Shown here in pieces: positions 19,181 through 28,234 of a DNA stretch of 64,000 nt. Made by a program: the position numbers and the translations under genes. Below the pieces are notes generated by a model, which was not told the DNA's origin, did not search any database, and saw nothing but the letters and a program-made list of their open reading frames with translations. Position 1 is the stretch's first letter. Each line of letters begins with the position of its first letter. This stretch comes from Rickettsiales bacterium (GTDB lineage: Bacteria > Pseudomonadota > Alphaproteobacteria > Rickettsiales > JABIRX01). The stretch covers positions 29,214 to 93,213 of the forward strand of contig JAWUXM010000016.1 in the NCBI GenBank assembly GCA_034111325.1, read 5' to 3'.

Positions 19181-19606
19181 CTACAAAGGAGAGGGAGTGA
19201 TCTTGTTACCTAACTCCACTGGAGGCATATAGTTCTCATCATGTTTCGCAAGGATTTCATCAGCAACAAATACATTATCTTTTATCCTGCCATTTGCCAC
19301 AACGCCCTGCCCTTCACGAAATAAATCTGGCAGAATGCCTTGATAGAGAGTTTTTATTTCTTGCTTAAAATCCGTAATTATAAACTCCACCTTGTTACCA
19401 TCATGATAAATGATGCTGCCTTTTTTTACCATACCACCAATTCTTATCTTTTTATTAATGCTAAGCTGTGACAGTTCAGACGGTGCATAGAAAAACATAA
19501 TATTTTGACGAAAATTACTATAAAGTAAACCAGCAAGACCAAGAATTATAGATAAAGTTGCGATGATAAAAACCGCACGATTTTTTTTATTTTTTCTTCT
19601 GAACAT
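19181..19606 (-). CDS. ccmE: Cytochrome c maturation heme chaperone CcmE
   Basis: N-terminal membrane anchor and heme-binding LAKHDENYMPP. The last codons (ITPSPL*) lie inside a family-D hairpin repeat. Confidence 0.92.
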   Translation of the reverse strand: MFRRKNKKNRAVFIIATLSIILGLAGLLYSNFRQNIMFFYAPSELSQLSINKKIRIGGMVKKGSIIYHDGNKVEFIITDFKQEIKTLYQGILPDLFREGQGVVANGRIKDNVFVADEILAKHDENYMPPVELGNKITPSPL

Positions 19607-19709
19607 TTTTGACTTTTCTCCAATTAATAATCGTCTGCATTAGAACTCCAACAAGAACAATCGCAGATATAAGATAGACTGCTAATACGTAATAAAAATA
19701 ATCATTCAT
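19587..19709 (-). CDS. ccmD: Heme exporter protein D (CcmD), 40 aa; not in the ORF track
   Basis: Hand translation gives MNDYFYYVLAVYLISAIVLVGVLMQTIINWRKVKNVQKKK*, a single TM followed by a basic tail. Its ATG overlaps the trpE TGA (ATGA). Its 3' end overlaps the ccmE start by 20 nt. Confidence 0.7.
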   Translation of the reverse strand: MNDYFYYVLAVYLISAIVLVGVLMQTIINWRKVKNVQKKK

Positions 19710-21181
19710 TTTGTACCTTCTGCCGCTTTCATCAAAGCCTTGGCTTTATTAATTGTTTCCTCATATTCACTTTCGGCCACTGAATCATAAACCACGCCAG
19801 CGCCTGCCTGCAGATGCAAAGTACCATCTTTTAATAATGCAGTGCGCAGCATAATCGCCATATCCATATAGCGACCACTTGCTGAAAAATAACCAGCGCA
19901 CCCCGCATAAAAACTGCGCTTATCTCTTTCCATCTCATTAATAATCTGCATAGCCCGAATCTTTGGCGCGCCTGAGACTGTCCCCGCTGGAAAACCTGCC
20001 ATCAACGCGTCGACCAAATCATGCTTAGTATAATCCAGCTCGCCTTCAACTGTTGAGCTAATATGCATAACATGTGAATAATATTCAATTTCCATTTGGC
20101 GCGTAACCCTAACGCTTGCTGGTTTTGCAACTTTACCAACATCATGACGCCCAAGATCAATTAACATTAAATGTTCCGCACGTTCTTTTGGGTCGGCCAA
20201 TAAATCTGCCGACAATTCTGCATCCTCCTTAGCATCAAGACCACGCTTCCTTGTGCCTGCTAAAGGACGAATTACAACCTTATCATGGTCAACTTTTACC
20301 ATTATTTCAGGGCTCGAACCAATAATTTCATAATCAATAAAACTAAAGTAAAATAAAAATGGTGAAGGATTTAAAATACGTAACGAACGATAAAAATTAA
20401 AACCATTTTTCTTAAATTTTGCTGAGAAACGTTGTGATGGTAAAACTTGGAATACATCACCTTCAACAATATAATCCTTGGCTTTATCGACCATTGCACA
20501 ATATTCTTCTCTGCTCATATTCGGTAGAAATTCTACCTCCGCATCATCCGATTCTGCGCTTTCTACCTCCTCCCCTGCTAATGCATCCTTCGCTTTAGCA
20601 ATCAAACTCTGCGCTGCTTGGTATCGTTCCTGTGCATCACCACTATGTGCCCATACTGGTGCTGCAATGATCATCTCCTTTTGTACATTATCAAATATTA
20701 CCATTAATTGCGGGCGAATAAATACGCTATCTGGAATCTCTAGCGTATCCTCTTTCATCAGACCAACATCCTCAATCAAATGAATCATCTCATAACCCAT
20801 ATAGCCAAACCAACCCGCTAGCATCGGTGGCATATCATCTGAGAATGTTATTTTACTCTTTTGGATTTGCTCTTGCAGTGAAGGTAGAATTTTTTTCCGA
20901 TCGTTAATCGTAATATCTTCCTTACCATCTTCGCTGATTGTTACGCTACTATTTTGACACACCCATTTTTTATCAGCCATTAGACCAATCGCCGAATAGC
21001 GTCCACGCTTTTTACCACCTTCAACTGATTCAAGTAAAAAATGATTAGGGTCGAGAGGAAACAATTTTAAAGCCGCGGTAACTACACCATCGCTATCGGC
21101 AGCTATTTTACTGATGATGATTTGGCTCTCTCCAGCATTAAATTTTTTTGCAAAATCATCAAAATCAATATCAAGAATCAT
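19706..21181 (-). CDS. trpE: Anthranilate synthase component I (chorismate-binding enzyme; PabB not excluded)
   Basis: HFLLESVEGGKKRGRYSAIG motif. C-terminal chorismate-binding core GAPKIRAMQII..RSFYAGCAGY..QAGAGVVYDS; 491 aa. Confidence 0.75.
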   Translation of the reverse strand: MILDIDFDDFAKKFNAGESQIIISKIAADSDGVVTAALKLFPLDPNHFLLESVEGGKKRGRYSAIGLMADKKWVCQNSSVTISEDGKEDITINDRKKILPSLQEQIQKSKITFSDDMPPMLAGWFGYMGYEMIHLIEDVGLMKEDTLEIPDSVFIRPQLMVIFDNVQKEMIIAAPVWAHSGDAQERYQAAQSLIAKAKDALAGEEVESAESDDAEVEFLPNMSREEYCAMVDKAKDYIVEGDVFQVLPSQRFSAKFKKNGFNFYRSLRILNPSPFLFYFSFIDYEIIGSSPEIMVKVDHDKVVIRPLAGTRKRGLDAKEDAELSADLLADPKERAEHLMLIDLGRHDVGKVAKPASVRVTRQMEIEYYSHVMHISSTVEGELDYTKHDLVDALMAGFPAGTVSGAPKIRAMQIINEMERDKRSFYAGCAGYFSASGRYMDMAIMLRTALLKDGTLHLQAGAGVVYDSVAESEYEETINKAKALMKAAEGTK

Positions 21182-21216
21182 GTTGTTAGATTATTTATTA
21201 TGCAGTCACCCAATGT

Positions 21217-21326
21217 GTCATTGCCTGAACCGCCTGCAATTTTAGGTCGATCCAAGGGCAAAAGTCGAGATATTTATTTGTGGCTCTAGACTCCTAGAAT
21301 TTCTTTAAAATTCAAAAAGTGGCACA
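21217..21326. repeat. Family-A palindromic element, degenerate copy A4
   Basis: The left end gtcattgcctgaaccgcctgcaattttaggtcgatccaaggg matches A copies. The right end is decayed. Confidence 0.55.
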
Positions 21327-21336
21327 AAATTGAAAA

Positions 21337-23205
21337 TCACTGTACTTTATTGATGTTCTCATTGACTCGCACTTCGTATTTTTTATATAAATGCATATTA
21401 TATTGTTCCAGTATCGCTTCTTGAAATGTTGAGCTTAATAAATTTGTCATTTGTCTTAATTCTGCTTGATGTCCATCTTCCTTAGCAGGACTAATTCCCT
21501 CTAATACCGCAAAATCATACCCGCCATTTGTATTAGCATAGGGCATAGTAGCATTAGCTATATCTAGAGCAAAAATCTCTACAACTAAACCCTGTGATAA
21601 TGAGCTCTCCGTACGCTGTAATTTTACGTCACGCTCTAATTGCAAACCATATTTCGTTGCTAAGTTATTAGCCTTTTTACCGTTATTAATTTCTTCCACA
21701 TAAGATTGCGCAAGATTATATAATTCATCCTCAGCTTTTTGATTCCGCCATTCCGTCACTACCAAACCCTTGACTTCATCAAGGGCTTTATACCTCTCGC
21801 CCAAAACATTGTCTATTTGTACAACCATGAATATTTCATCACCAACAATTGTTGCAATTGGCTCTGTGACTTCATCAATATTAAAGACACTATCGATAAT
21901 TTCTTGGCTAAATGTTGGATATGTCTTTTCTAGAGAACCAAAAAATCTACCCTCTTCTTTTGCGACAGAATTATTGCTCTGTACCGCGATTTGATATTTT
22001 GTAGCTGCTTCCTTCATTGTAGCACCAGAAGATAATTCATCCTCTATTTGGTTAAATGTTTCCAAAGCAAATTCACAAGATTTCTCTTTTCTAAGAGTTT
22101 GTTCTATATCAGATTTAACCTGAGCAAAAGTAAGTACCTTCTCTGGAGTAACTTTATCAACCATGAATATATGCCAACCAAATGGTCCCGCAATTGGCTT
22201 GGTAATTTGCGCTTCTGATAGAGCAAACACCTCATCCCTAAATTCACGAATCAACTCCTCTTTCGTCAACTCACCAAGGCTAACTTGATTTTTATTGAGA
22301 CCGCTTATTTTCGCAACTGCGTAAAAATCCTCCCCCGCTTTGATCTTCTTATATGCAGCTTTTGCATCTTTTTTAGTTTTAAAGAACACTTGCTTTAAGT
22401 TACGAGACTCGGGCGTTTTGTAATTGTTTATATTGCTTTCATATTCAGTTTGCAAAAGCTCTTGACTAATCTCTACCCTTCCATGCATAGCCTTGCAACT
22501 GACATCTAAATAAGAGATGTCTCTTGTTTCAGCTTGCATAAAAAACTCTTTGTTTTTCTCGTGATAGCCAATTAAATCAGCCTCACTAGGAATAAAAGAT
22601 ATTTTATCAATTTTATTTTTTGGTACTGTTATAATATCAACTGTGCGAGCTTCATATTCATATTTATATATGTCACTTACCAGCCCATCAAGCGTAGCAT
22701 TATTGGCCGTTAAGGCATCTATTATATAGTTACGGGCAAGTTCTTTGTTGAGATTAGAAATATAGAGTTCTTCAATTAGACCAGAAATATTCATTACTAG
22801 GTTGAAACGTTTCTTGCTAAACTTCCCTTCATCATCAAAAAACCGTTTATCATTAAAAATCTGCTCTAGCGCTACACGATCATCCATTAATATTTCTAAT
22901 GATTTAGCTTCCTGCTCAAACAATCTATCTATGATTAACTGTCTCAAGGTAAGTTGACGTAGAAACAACTCATCATTCTCAGTTAATTTATTTGCTCCAT
23001 TCTCAGAAGCTCTAGAACGCTGACGCGAAAGCTCTTGCTGAAACTGTTGCATAGTCACCGCCTCATCACCAACTGTAGCAATATCACTACCAGCAGTGCT
23101 GCGAAAAATATCACCTACTCCCCAAAGGACAAATGATAACATGATTAGCACTAAGATTGATTTAACAAAAAGCGTATTTGTTACTTGCCTAATTTTACCT
23201 AGCAT
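21337..23205 (-). CDS. ppiD: Periplasmic chaperone / peptidyl-prolyl isomerase PpiD-like
   Basis: N-terminal TM anchor MLGKIRQ..ILVLIMLSFVLWG, a SurA_N-like region, and a parvulin-like segment (GPFGWHIFMVDK); 622 aa. Confidence 0.8.
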   Translation of the reverse strand: MLGKIRQVTNTLFVKSILVLIMLSFVLWGVGDIFRSTAGSDIATVGDEAVTMQQFQQELSRQRSRASENGANKLTENDELFLRQLTLRQLIIDRLFEQEAKSLEILMDDRVALEQIFNDKRFFDDEGKFSKKRFNLVMNISGLIEELYISNLNKELARNYIIDALTANNATLDGLVSDIYKYEYEARTVDIITVPKNKIDKISFIPSEADLIGYHEKNKEFFMQAETRDISYLDVSCKAMHGRVEISQELLQTEYESNINNYKTPESRNLKQVFFKTKKDAKAAYKKIKAGEDFYAVAKISGLNKNQVSLGELTKEELIREFRDEVFALSEAQITKPIAGPFGWHIFMVDKVTPEKVLTFAQVKSDIEQTLRKEKSCEFALETFNQIEDELSSGATMKEAATKYQIAVQSNNSVAKEEGRFFGSLEKTYPTFSQEIIDSVFNIDEVTEPIATIVGDEIFMVVQIDNVLGERYKALDEVKGLVVTEWRNQKAEDELYNLAQSYVEEINNGKKANNLATKYGLQLERDVKLQRTESSLSQGLVVEIFALDIANATMPYANTNGGYDFAVLEGISPAKEDGHQAELRQMTNLLSSTFQEAILEQYNMHLYKKYEVRVNENINKVQ

Positions 23206-23254
23206 CTATTAATTGACTGTGATTTGATTTAATGGAAAACATTTGAGAAGCATT

Positions 23255-24007
23255 ATGAGCAAAACAATAGTTATTGGCAATTGGAAAATGAACGGCGACC
23301 TCGCCTTTTGTAAAAACCTCGCTCAACAAATAACAACGCATGCCGAAATGGACGATGATACAAATGTAGTTCTATGTCCACCAACGCCCTTCCTATCCGC
23401 AGTTAATGATGTTATAACAACCAGCCCTCTTTCACTTGGCGCGCAGGATTGCAGTGAATCTGATAAAGGTGCACATACTGGTGATGTCTCTGCTTCAATG
23501 CTCAAATCCATCGGCTGCAATCATGTCATAGTTGGCCATTCTGAAAGACGAACTAATCATGGCGAGACTAATCAACTAGTTAAAGCCAAAGCATATAATG
23601 CTCAACAAAATGACTTAGTAACGATTATCTGCGTTGGTGAAAATCTTGCTGAATATCAACAAGGCAAAACTCATACAGTAATAAAACAACAATTAATCGA
23701 ATCATTATCAGAAGATACTGACTCAGAAAACACAATTATTGCTTACGAACCAGTTTGGGCAATTGGCACTGGGAAAATCCCTAGCATACAAGAAATAAGC
23801 GATATTGCAGAATTAATGAGCGAAACTGTAAAAACACTTGGCAATAAAACAAATAATGCTAACATGCGCTTCCTTTATGGTGGCTCCGTCAATAAGAACA
23901 ACGCACAGGAACTCGCCTCAATAGAAAAAATTAACGGTTTTTTAGTAGGTTCAGCAAGTCTGAACGCTGAAGAATTTTGCAATATTATAAGATTAACTCA
24001 AAGGTAA
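23255..24007 (+). CDS. tpiA: Triosephosphate isomerase
   Basis: IGNWKMNG, VGHSERR and AYEPVWAIGTG. ATG at 23255; the track start at 23243 is TTG. Confidence 0.95.
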   Translation: MSKTIVIGNWKMNGDLAFCKNLAQQITTHAEMDDDTNVVLCPPTPFLSAVNDVITTSPLSLGAQDCSESDKGAHTGDVSASMLKSIGCNHVIVGHSERRTNHGETNQLVKAKAYNAQQNDLVTIICVGENLAEYQQGKTHTVIKQQLIESLSEDTDSENTIIAYEPVWAIGTGKIPSIQEISDIAELMSETVKTLGNKTNNANMRFLYGGSVNKNNAQELASIEKINGFLVGSASLNAEEFCNIIRLTQR

Positions 24008-24018
24008 AGAAATAAGTT

Positions 24019-24333
24019 ATGGAAAATCTACAAAATCTATTATTAATAGTTCACATCATTACCGCAGTTTTACTGATAGTCTTAGTGCTCTTGCAACCAA
24101 GCTCAAGTGACGGTGGCTTTGTTTCATCAATGAATAATTCGCAAGCCCTTGTATCAGGGCGCTCTGCCGCCAATTTCTTAACTAAACTAACTGGCTTCCT
24201 TGCAGCATTATTTATGCTAAACAGCTTAGCTTTAGCCACACTTGCACATAGGCAAGTTGATAAAGATTCACAAATTGATAAATTTATCAAACAAAAAACC
24301 CAAGAAACACCTGCTGCACCATTAGCAGAATAA
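24019..24333 (+). CDS. secG: Preprotein translocase subunit SecG
   Basis: 104 aa with two TM segments. IITAVLLIVLVLLQPSSSDG is a SecG-type motif. The position between tpiA and pyrG is commonly conserved. Confidence 0.85.
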   Translation: MENLQNLLLIVHIITAVLLIVLVLLQPSSSDGGFVSSMNNSQALVSGRSAANFLTKLTGFLAALFMLNSLALATLAHRQVDKDSQIDKFIKQKTQETPAAPLAE

Positions 24334-24350
24334 TAGTGCAATAACATAAT

Positions 24351-25979
24351 ATGAAAAACACGAAATTTATATTCATAACTGGCGGCGTTGTATCATCCCT
24401 TGGCAAAGGCATTACTGGTGCTAGCCTTGCCTCCATATTACAAGCTCATGGCTATAAAGTCCGCATCAGAAAATTAGACCCTTATCTAAATGTTGACCCA
24501 GGTACAATGAGCCCTTTCCAACATGGTGAAGTTTACGTCACTGATGATGGCGCTGAGACTGACCTTGACCTTGGTCATTATGAAAGATTCACTGACATTA
24601 ATACTAAAAAATCAGACAATGTCACATCTGGTCAAATTTACTCAAAACTACTTAGTAAAGAGCGCAAAGGAGACTATCTCGGCGGAACAGTCCAAGTCAT
24701 TCCACATGTTACTGATCTAATAAAAGAATTCATCCTCAGCAACATTACTGATGAAGATTTTATAATTTATGAAATCGGCGGCACAGTTGGTGACATTGAA
24801 GGCTTACCATTCTTTGAAGCAATTCGTCAAATTGGCTATAAATTCGGTCGTGAAAAATCCCTCTTCATTCACTTAACTTTAGTGCCTTATATCAAAGCTG
24901 CTAAAGAGATAAAAACCAAACCAACACAACATTCCGTCAAAGAATTGCGCTCAATCGGTATCCAACCTGACATCCTAATCTGCCGCAGTGAAGTTCCAGT
25001 TCCCGCAGCTGAACGTAAAAAAATTGCACTATTTTGCAATGTTGATGAAAAGAATGTAATTCAAGCACCTGATGTTGACACAATCTACCGCATACCGCTA
25101 GTTCTTCACCAACAAAAGCTTGATCGGCAAATTCTTGAACATTTTAATCTAGCGATTGAGTGCGAGCCTAATCTTGAAAAATGGCAAAATATTGTTAGCC
25201 AAATTAACAAAAATAAAAAGACGGTTAATATTGCCATAGTAGGAAAATATACTGGTTTAAAAGAGGCGTACAAATCTTTGATCGAATCCTTAGAGCATGC
25301 GGCAATTAACCTTGATGTAAAAGTAGAAATCATCTGGATTGATGCAAGAACACTCAATAAAAAAACTACAAAAGCAAGCCTTGTTAGTGCAGACGGAGTC
25401 TTGGTACCAGGCGGCTTTGGCACAGAAGGCATAAAAGGTAAAATCGCTGCAATTACTTACGCACGTGAAAACAACATTCCCTTCTTCGGAATTTGCCTTG
25501 GTATGCAAATGGCAGTTATAGAATTTGCTGAAAATGTTGCTAAAATTAACTCACCATATTCAAGTGAGTTCGTCAAAAAAAGAAACGGCAACCAATTAAT
25601 CGGTTTGATGACCGAATGGTTCAAAAGTGGTAAAAAACAACAACGCAAACATAATGGTGATTTAGGCGGGACAATGCGCTTAGGAGCCTATCCTTGTAAA
25701 ATAATTGCCAAAACTTTAGCCAGTAAAATCTATGGCATGAGCAAGATCGACGAACGTCACAGGCATCGTTACGAGTTTAATATTAATTATAAAAAACAGC
25801 TGGAAAAGGCTGGCATGGTTTTCTCCGGAATGTCCCCTGATAATAATTTAGCTGAAATTATCGAGCTGCCTACAAATGATTTCTTCATCGCTGTGCAATT
25901 TCACCCTGAACTTAAATCACGACCTTTCTCACCGCACCCTTTATTTACAAATTTTGTCAAAGCAAGTAGTAAAATATAA
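24351..25979 (+). CDS. pyrG: CTP synthase
   Basis: FIFITGGVVSSLGKG, GATase nucleophile GICLGMQ, and C-terminal QFHPE; 542 aa. Confidence 0.96.
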   Translation: MKNTKFIFITGGVVSSLGKGITGASLASILQAHGYKVRIRKLDPYLNVDPGTMSPFQHGEVYVTDDGAETDLDLGHYERFTDINTKKSDNVTSGQIYSKLLSKERKGDYLGGTVQVIPHVTDLIKEFILSNITDEDFIIYEIGGTVGDIEGLPFFEAIRQIGYKFGREKSLFIHLTLVPYIKAAKEIKTKPTQHSVKELRSIGIQPDILICRSEVPVPAAERKKIALFCNVDEKNVIQAPDVDTIYRIPLVLHQQKLDRQILEHFNLAIECEPNLEKWQNIVSQINKNKKTVNIAIVGKYTGLKEAYKSLIESLEHAAINLDVKVEIIWIDARTLNKKTTKASLVSADGVLVPGGFGTEGIKGKIAAITYARENNIPFFGICLGMQMAVIEFAENVAKINSPYSSEFVKKRNGNQLIGLMTEWFKSGKKQQRKHNGDLGGTMRLGAYPCKIIAKTLASKIYGMSKIDERHRHRYEFNINYKKQLEKAGMVFSGMSPDNNLAEIIELPTNDFFIAVQFHPELKSRPFSPHPLFTNFVKASSKI

Positions 25980-26802
25980 AGACCTAATCGGTGTTGGGCT
26001 TCGCCAACCACACTACAAGGACTTCATTGAAGGCACGCCAGATATTGGCTGGCTCGAGGTACATAGTGAGAATTTCTTTGCTGAAGGTGGTGCATCTATT
26101 GAATTCTTACATAAAATTGCCAATAAATACCCATTAAGTATGCATGGCGTTGGCTTATCCCTTGGCTCTAGCGACGGCTTGGATAAACACCACCTTACAA
26201 AACTTAAAAAATTAATTAGTGAAGTTAAACCCTTCTTAGTTTCTGAACATGTTTCATGGTCAGGCTTTGGCGGACAATTCTTAAATGATCTACTTCCCTT
26301 GCCTTATAATCAAGAATCACTGGAGATTATTTGTGACAACATAAATTATCTACAAGATTTTCTTGGTCGCGAGATTCTCATTGAAAACCCCTCTTCCTAT
26401 ATGGCTTTCGACGAATCTAGCATGAGTGAGTGGGAGTTTATGAGACGAGCTCAAGAAAAAACTAATTGTGGATTATTACTTGATTTAAACAATATTTTTG
26501 TCTCCGCTTATAATCATAACTTCTCAAGCATAGATTATATTGACCACATGCCAATAAAAGCTGTAAAAGAAATTCACCTTGCTGGCCCCACTAAAAAACA
26601 ATTAAAAAATAAAGAAATTTTTATTGATAGCCATAGTACAAAAGTCATGGCTGAAGTCTGGCAATTATACGAATATGCAACAGGTATTTTTGGCGCAGTA
26701 CCTACGTTGATTGAATGGGACAATAACATTCCAGAGCTTAGTATTTTGCTAGGGGAAGCAGAAAAAGCACGTAAAATTATCAGAACCCATGACGGATCTT
26801 AA
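25954..26802 (+). CDS. DUF692-family multinuclear non-heme iron oxidase (MNIO; MbnB/BufB/HvfB-like)
   Basis: IGVGLRQPHYKDF...WLEVHSENFF...HGVGLSLGS...LVSEHVSW...IENPSSY...LLDLNNIFVS...EIHLAG matches the TIM-barrel DUF692 pattern. I prefer TTG at 25954, which leaves 11 aa before IGVGLR. The track ATG at 25876 would overlap pyrG by 104 nt. Confidence 0.85.
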   Translation: MSKQVVKYKDLIGVGLRQPHYKDFIEGTPDIGWLEVHSENFFAEGGASIEFLHKIANKYPLSMHGVGLSLGSSDGLDKHHLTKLKKLISEVKPFLVSEHVSWSGFGGQFLNDLLPLPYNQESLEIICDNINYLQDFLGREILIENPSSYMAFDESSMSEWEFMRRAQEKTNCGLLLDLNNIFVSAYNHNFSSIDYIDHMPIKAVKEIHLAGPTKKQLKNKEIFIDSHSTKVMAEVWQLYEYATGIFGAVPTLIEWDNNIPELSILLGEAEKARKIIRTHDGS

Positions 26803-27502
26803 AAACATACAAAAAGACTTTATTGAGAAGATTTACGACTCATCAATTGATGATGAGTTAATTGATATATATCGCAATAATATTTTCCACAACCTAACTT
26901 CGAGCCTTCAAAATATTTACAAAACCACAGAGAAAATTGTCGGTGAAAAATATTTCAAACATTTAGCACTCGAATATATAAAGCAACATCCCTCAGAAAG
27001 TGGTAATCTAGAAGATTATGGTGAGTACTTTCCAACCCACCTTAAAGAAATCGATATTATAAAAAAACAATTGCCATACCTACCTGATATAGCAAAAATT
27101 GACTGGCTCTATCATTTTTCATATCAACAAAAAGATACTAAACCACTTGCGGCTGAACAATTAACAAGCCTCAAAGAGGAAGATTATTTTAAGTTAAAAT
27201 TTAAATTACATCCTGCCATATTTTTCTACAAATCAGCATATCCTATCTGGCAAATTTGGCAGCTTAATAATTGCACTGATAATTCGCTAAGAGTGAATTT
27301 CAATGATGGTAGTGAAAATATTATCATTATGCGGCAAGGAATAAAAACTCTTATAGAACCTATTGACCAAGCAGAATATGTGTTTCTACAAGAAATTCAA
27401 AACGGCAAAACACTTTATGCAATTTTTAGATTACTTGACAAAGAAAACCTCAACTCTAACATCGGCGATATGCTCAAAAAGTTTTCACAACAATTAATTT
27501 AA
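26789..27502 (+). CDS. DUF2063-family protein (MNIO partner, BufC/HvfC-like)
   Basis: 237 aa with N-terminus LKNIQKDFIEKIYD...IYRNNIFHNLTSSL, typical of DUF2063. It overlaps the DUF692 gene by 14 nt. Confidence 0.75.
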   Translation: MTDLKNIQKDFIEKIYDSSIDDELIDIYRNNIFHNLTSSLQNIYKTTEKIVGEKYFKHLALEYIKQHPSESGNLEDYGEYFPTHLKEIDIIKKQLPYLPDIAKIDWLYHFSYQQKDTKPLAAEQLTSLKEEDYFKLKFKLHPAIFFYKSAYPIWQIWQLNNCTDNSLRVNFNDGSENIIIMRQGIKTLIEPIDQAEYVFLQEIQNGKTLYAIFRLLDKENLNSNIGDMLKKFSQQLI

Positions 27503-27514
27503 TAGGTTATCAAC

Positions 27515-27973
27515 ATGACAGCGAAATCATACAATAAAAAGTCTGGTTACAGCAAATGCATAATTAATGCAGGAGAAAAATTCATTGCTATTTTAAACTA
27601 CATCTCCCCACTATTTAACCTCGCTGTTAGGCTCTGGATTGCCTCTATCTTCTGGAAATCTGGCATAACAAAAATAGCCAATTGGGATCAAACATTATTC
27701 CTGTTCGAATATGAATATGCAGTGCCATTACTGCCAGTGGCTTTAGCAGCAATGATGTCCACAGCAGCAGAGCTTGCTTGCCCTGTCTTCCTCGTACTTG
27801 GCCTAGCTACAAGGTTCGCTGCTTTACCTTTATTCATTATGACAGTAATCATCCAATATACCGTAATTGCCCATGACCAACATTATTACTGGATGACAGC
27901 TTTACTATTCCTCATCTTCTATGGTGCTGAAAAATTATCGCTTGATCATATCTTAAGCAGAAAGAGACGCTAG
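27515..27973 (+). CDS. DoxX-family membrane protein
   Basis: 152 aa with 4 TM segments. RLWIASIFWKSGITKI is a DoxX-type motif. It starts 12 nt after the DUF2063 gene. Confidence 0.75.
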   Translation: MTAKSYNKKSGYSKCIINAGEKFIAILNYISPLFNLAVRLWIASIFWKSGITKIANWDQTLFLFEYEYAVPLLPVALAAMMSTAAELACPVFLVLGLATRFAALPLFIMTVIIQYTVIAHDQHYYWMTALLFLIFYGAEKLSLDHILSRKRR

Positions 27974-28037
27974 TCTAGAGCAAAACCCAATTTTTACATT
28001 TGCAGAATATTGCTGGGCATCTACATATTAAGGCAAT

Positions 28038-28082
28038 ATTTTGCATCGCAAAAGAGTCATCCTGAATTTTTTCAGGATCTGC
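28038..28082. repeat. Family-C solo terminal repeat (C3)
   Basis: ttttgcatcgcaaaagagtcatcctgaattttttcaggatctgc. Confidence 0.7.
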
Positions 28083-28165
28083 ATATTAGTAAGAAAGTTA
28101 GTTCAGACAAATTAAAAATTTTTGATTTGCGACACTCCCACATCCTACAAACCCTTACCCCATAC

Positions 28166-28189
28166 CTCTCCCTTATGATTAAGGGAGAG
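28166..28189. repeat. Family-D short hairpin (ctctccctta/taagggagag)
   Basis: Perfect 10-bp stem between the convergent doxX-like and parC genes. Related hairpins are at 19170, 34823, 54096 and 61583. Confidence 0.7.
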
Positions 28190-28234
28190 CTTTAACGGAA
28201 TAGTGTAAAAAGGGCGCAAAAAGATTATTTTGCT

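Noticed and set aside
25876-25953. ATG at 25876 as the start of the DUF692 gene (track ORF).
   Set aside because: It would add 26 poorly protein-like residues and overlap pyrG by 104 nt. TTG at 25954 leaves an N-terminus of typical length before the conserved IGVGLR strand. Neither start has a clear SD, so this remains uncertain.
28010-28195. 61-aa ORF after the DoxX gene, considered as a possible MNIO precursor peptide.
   Set aside because: It has no signal peptide and no cysteines. It is built from a family-C terminal repeat plus a family-D hairpin.
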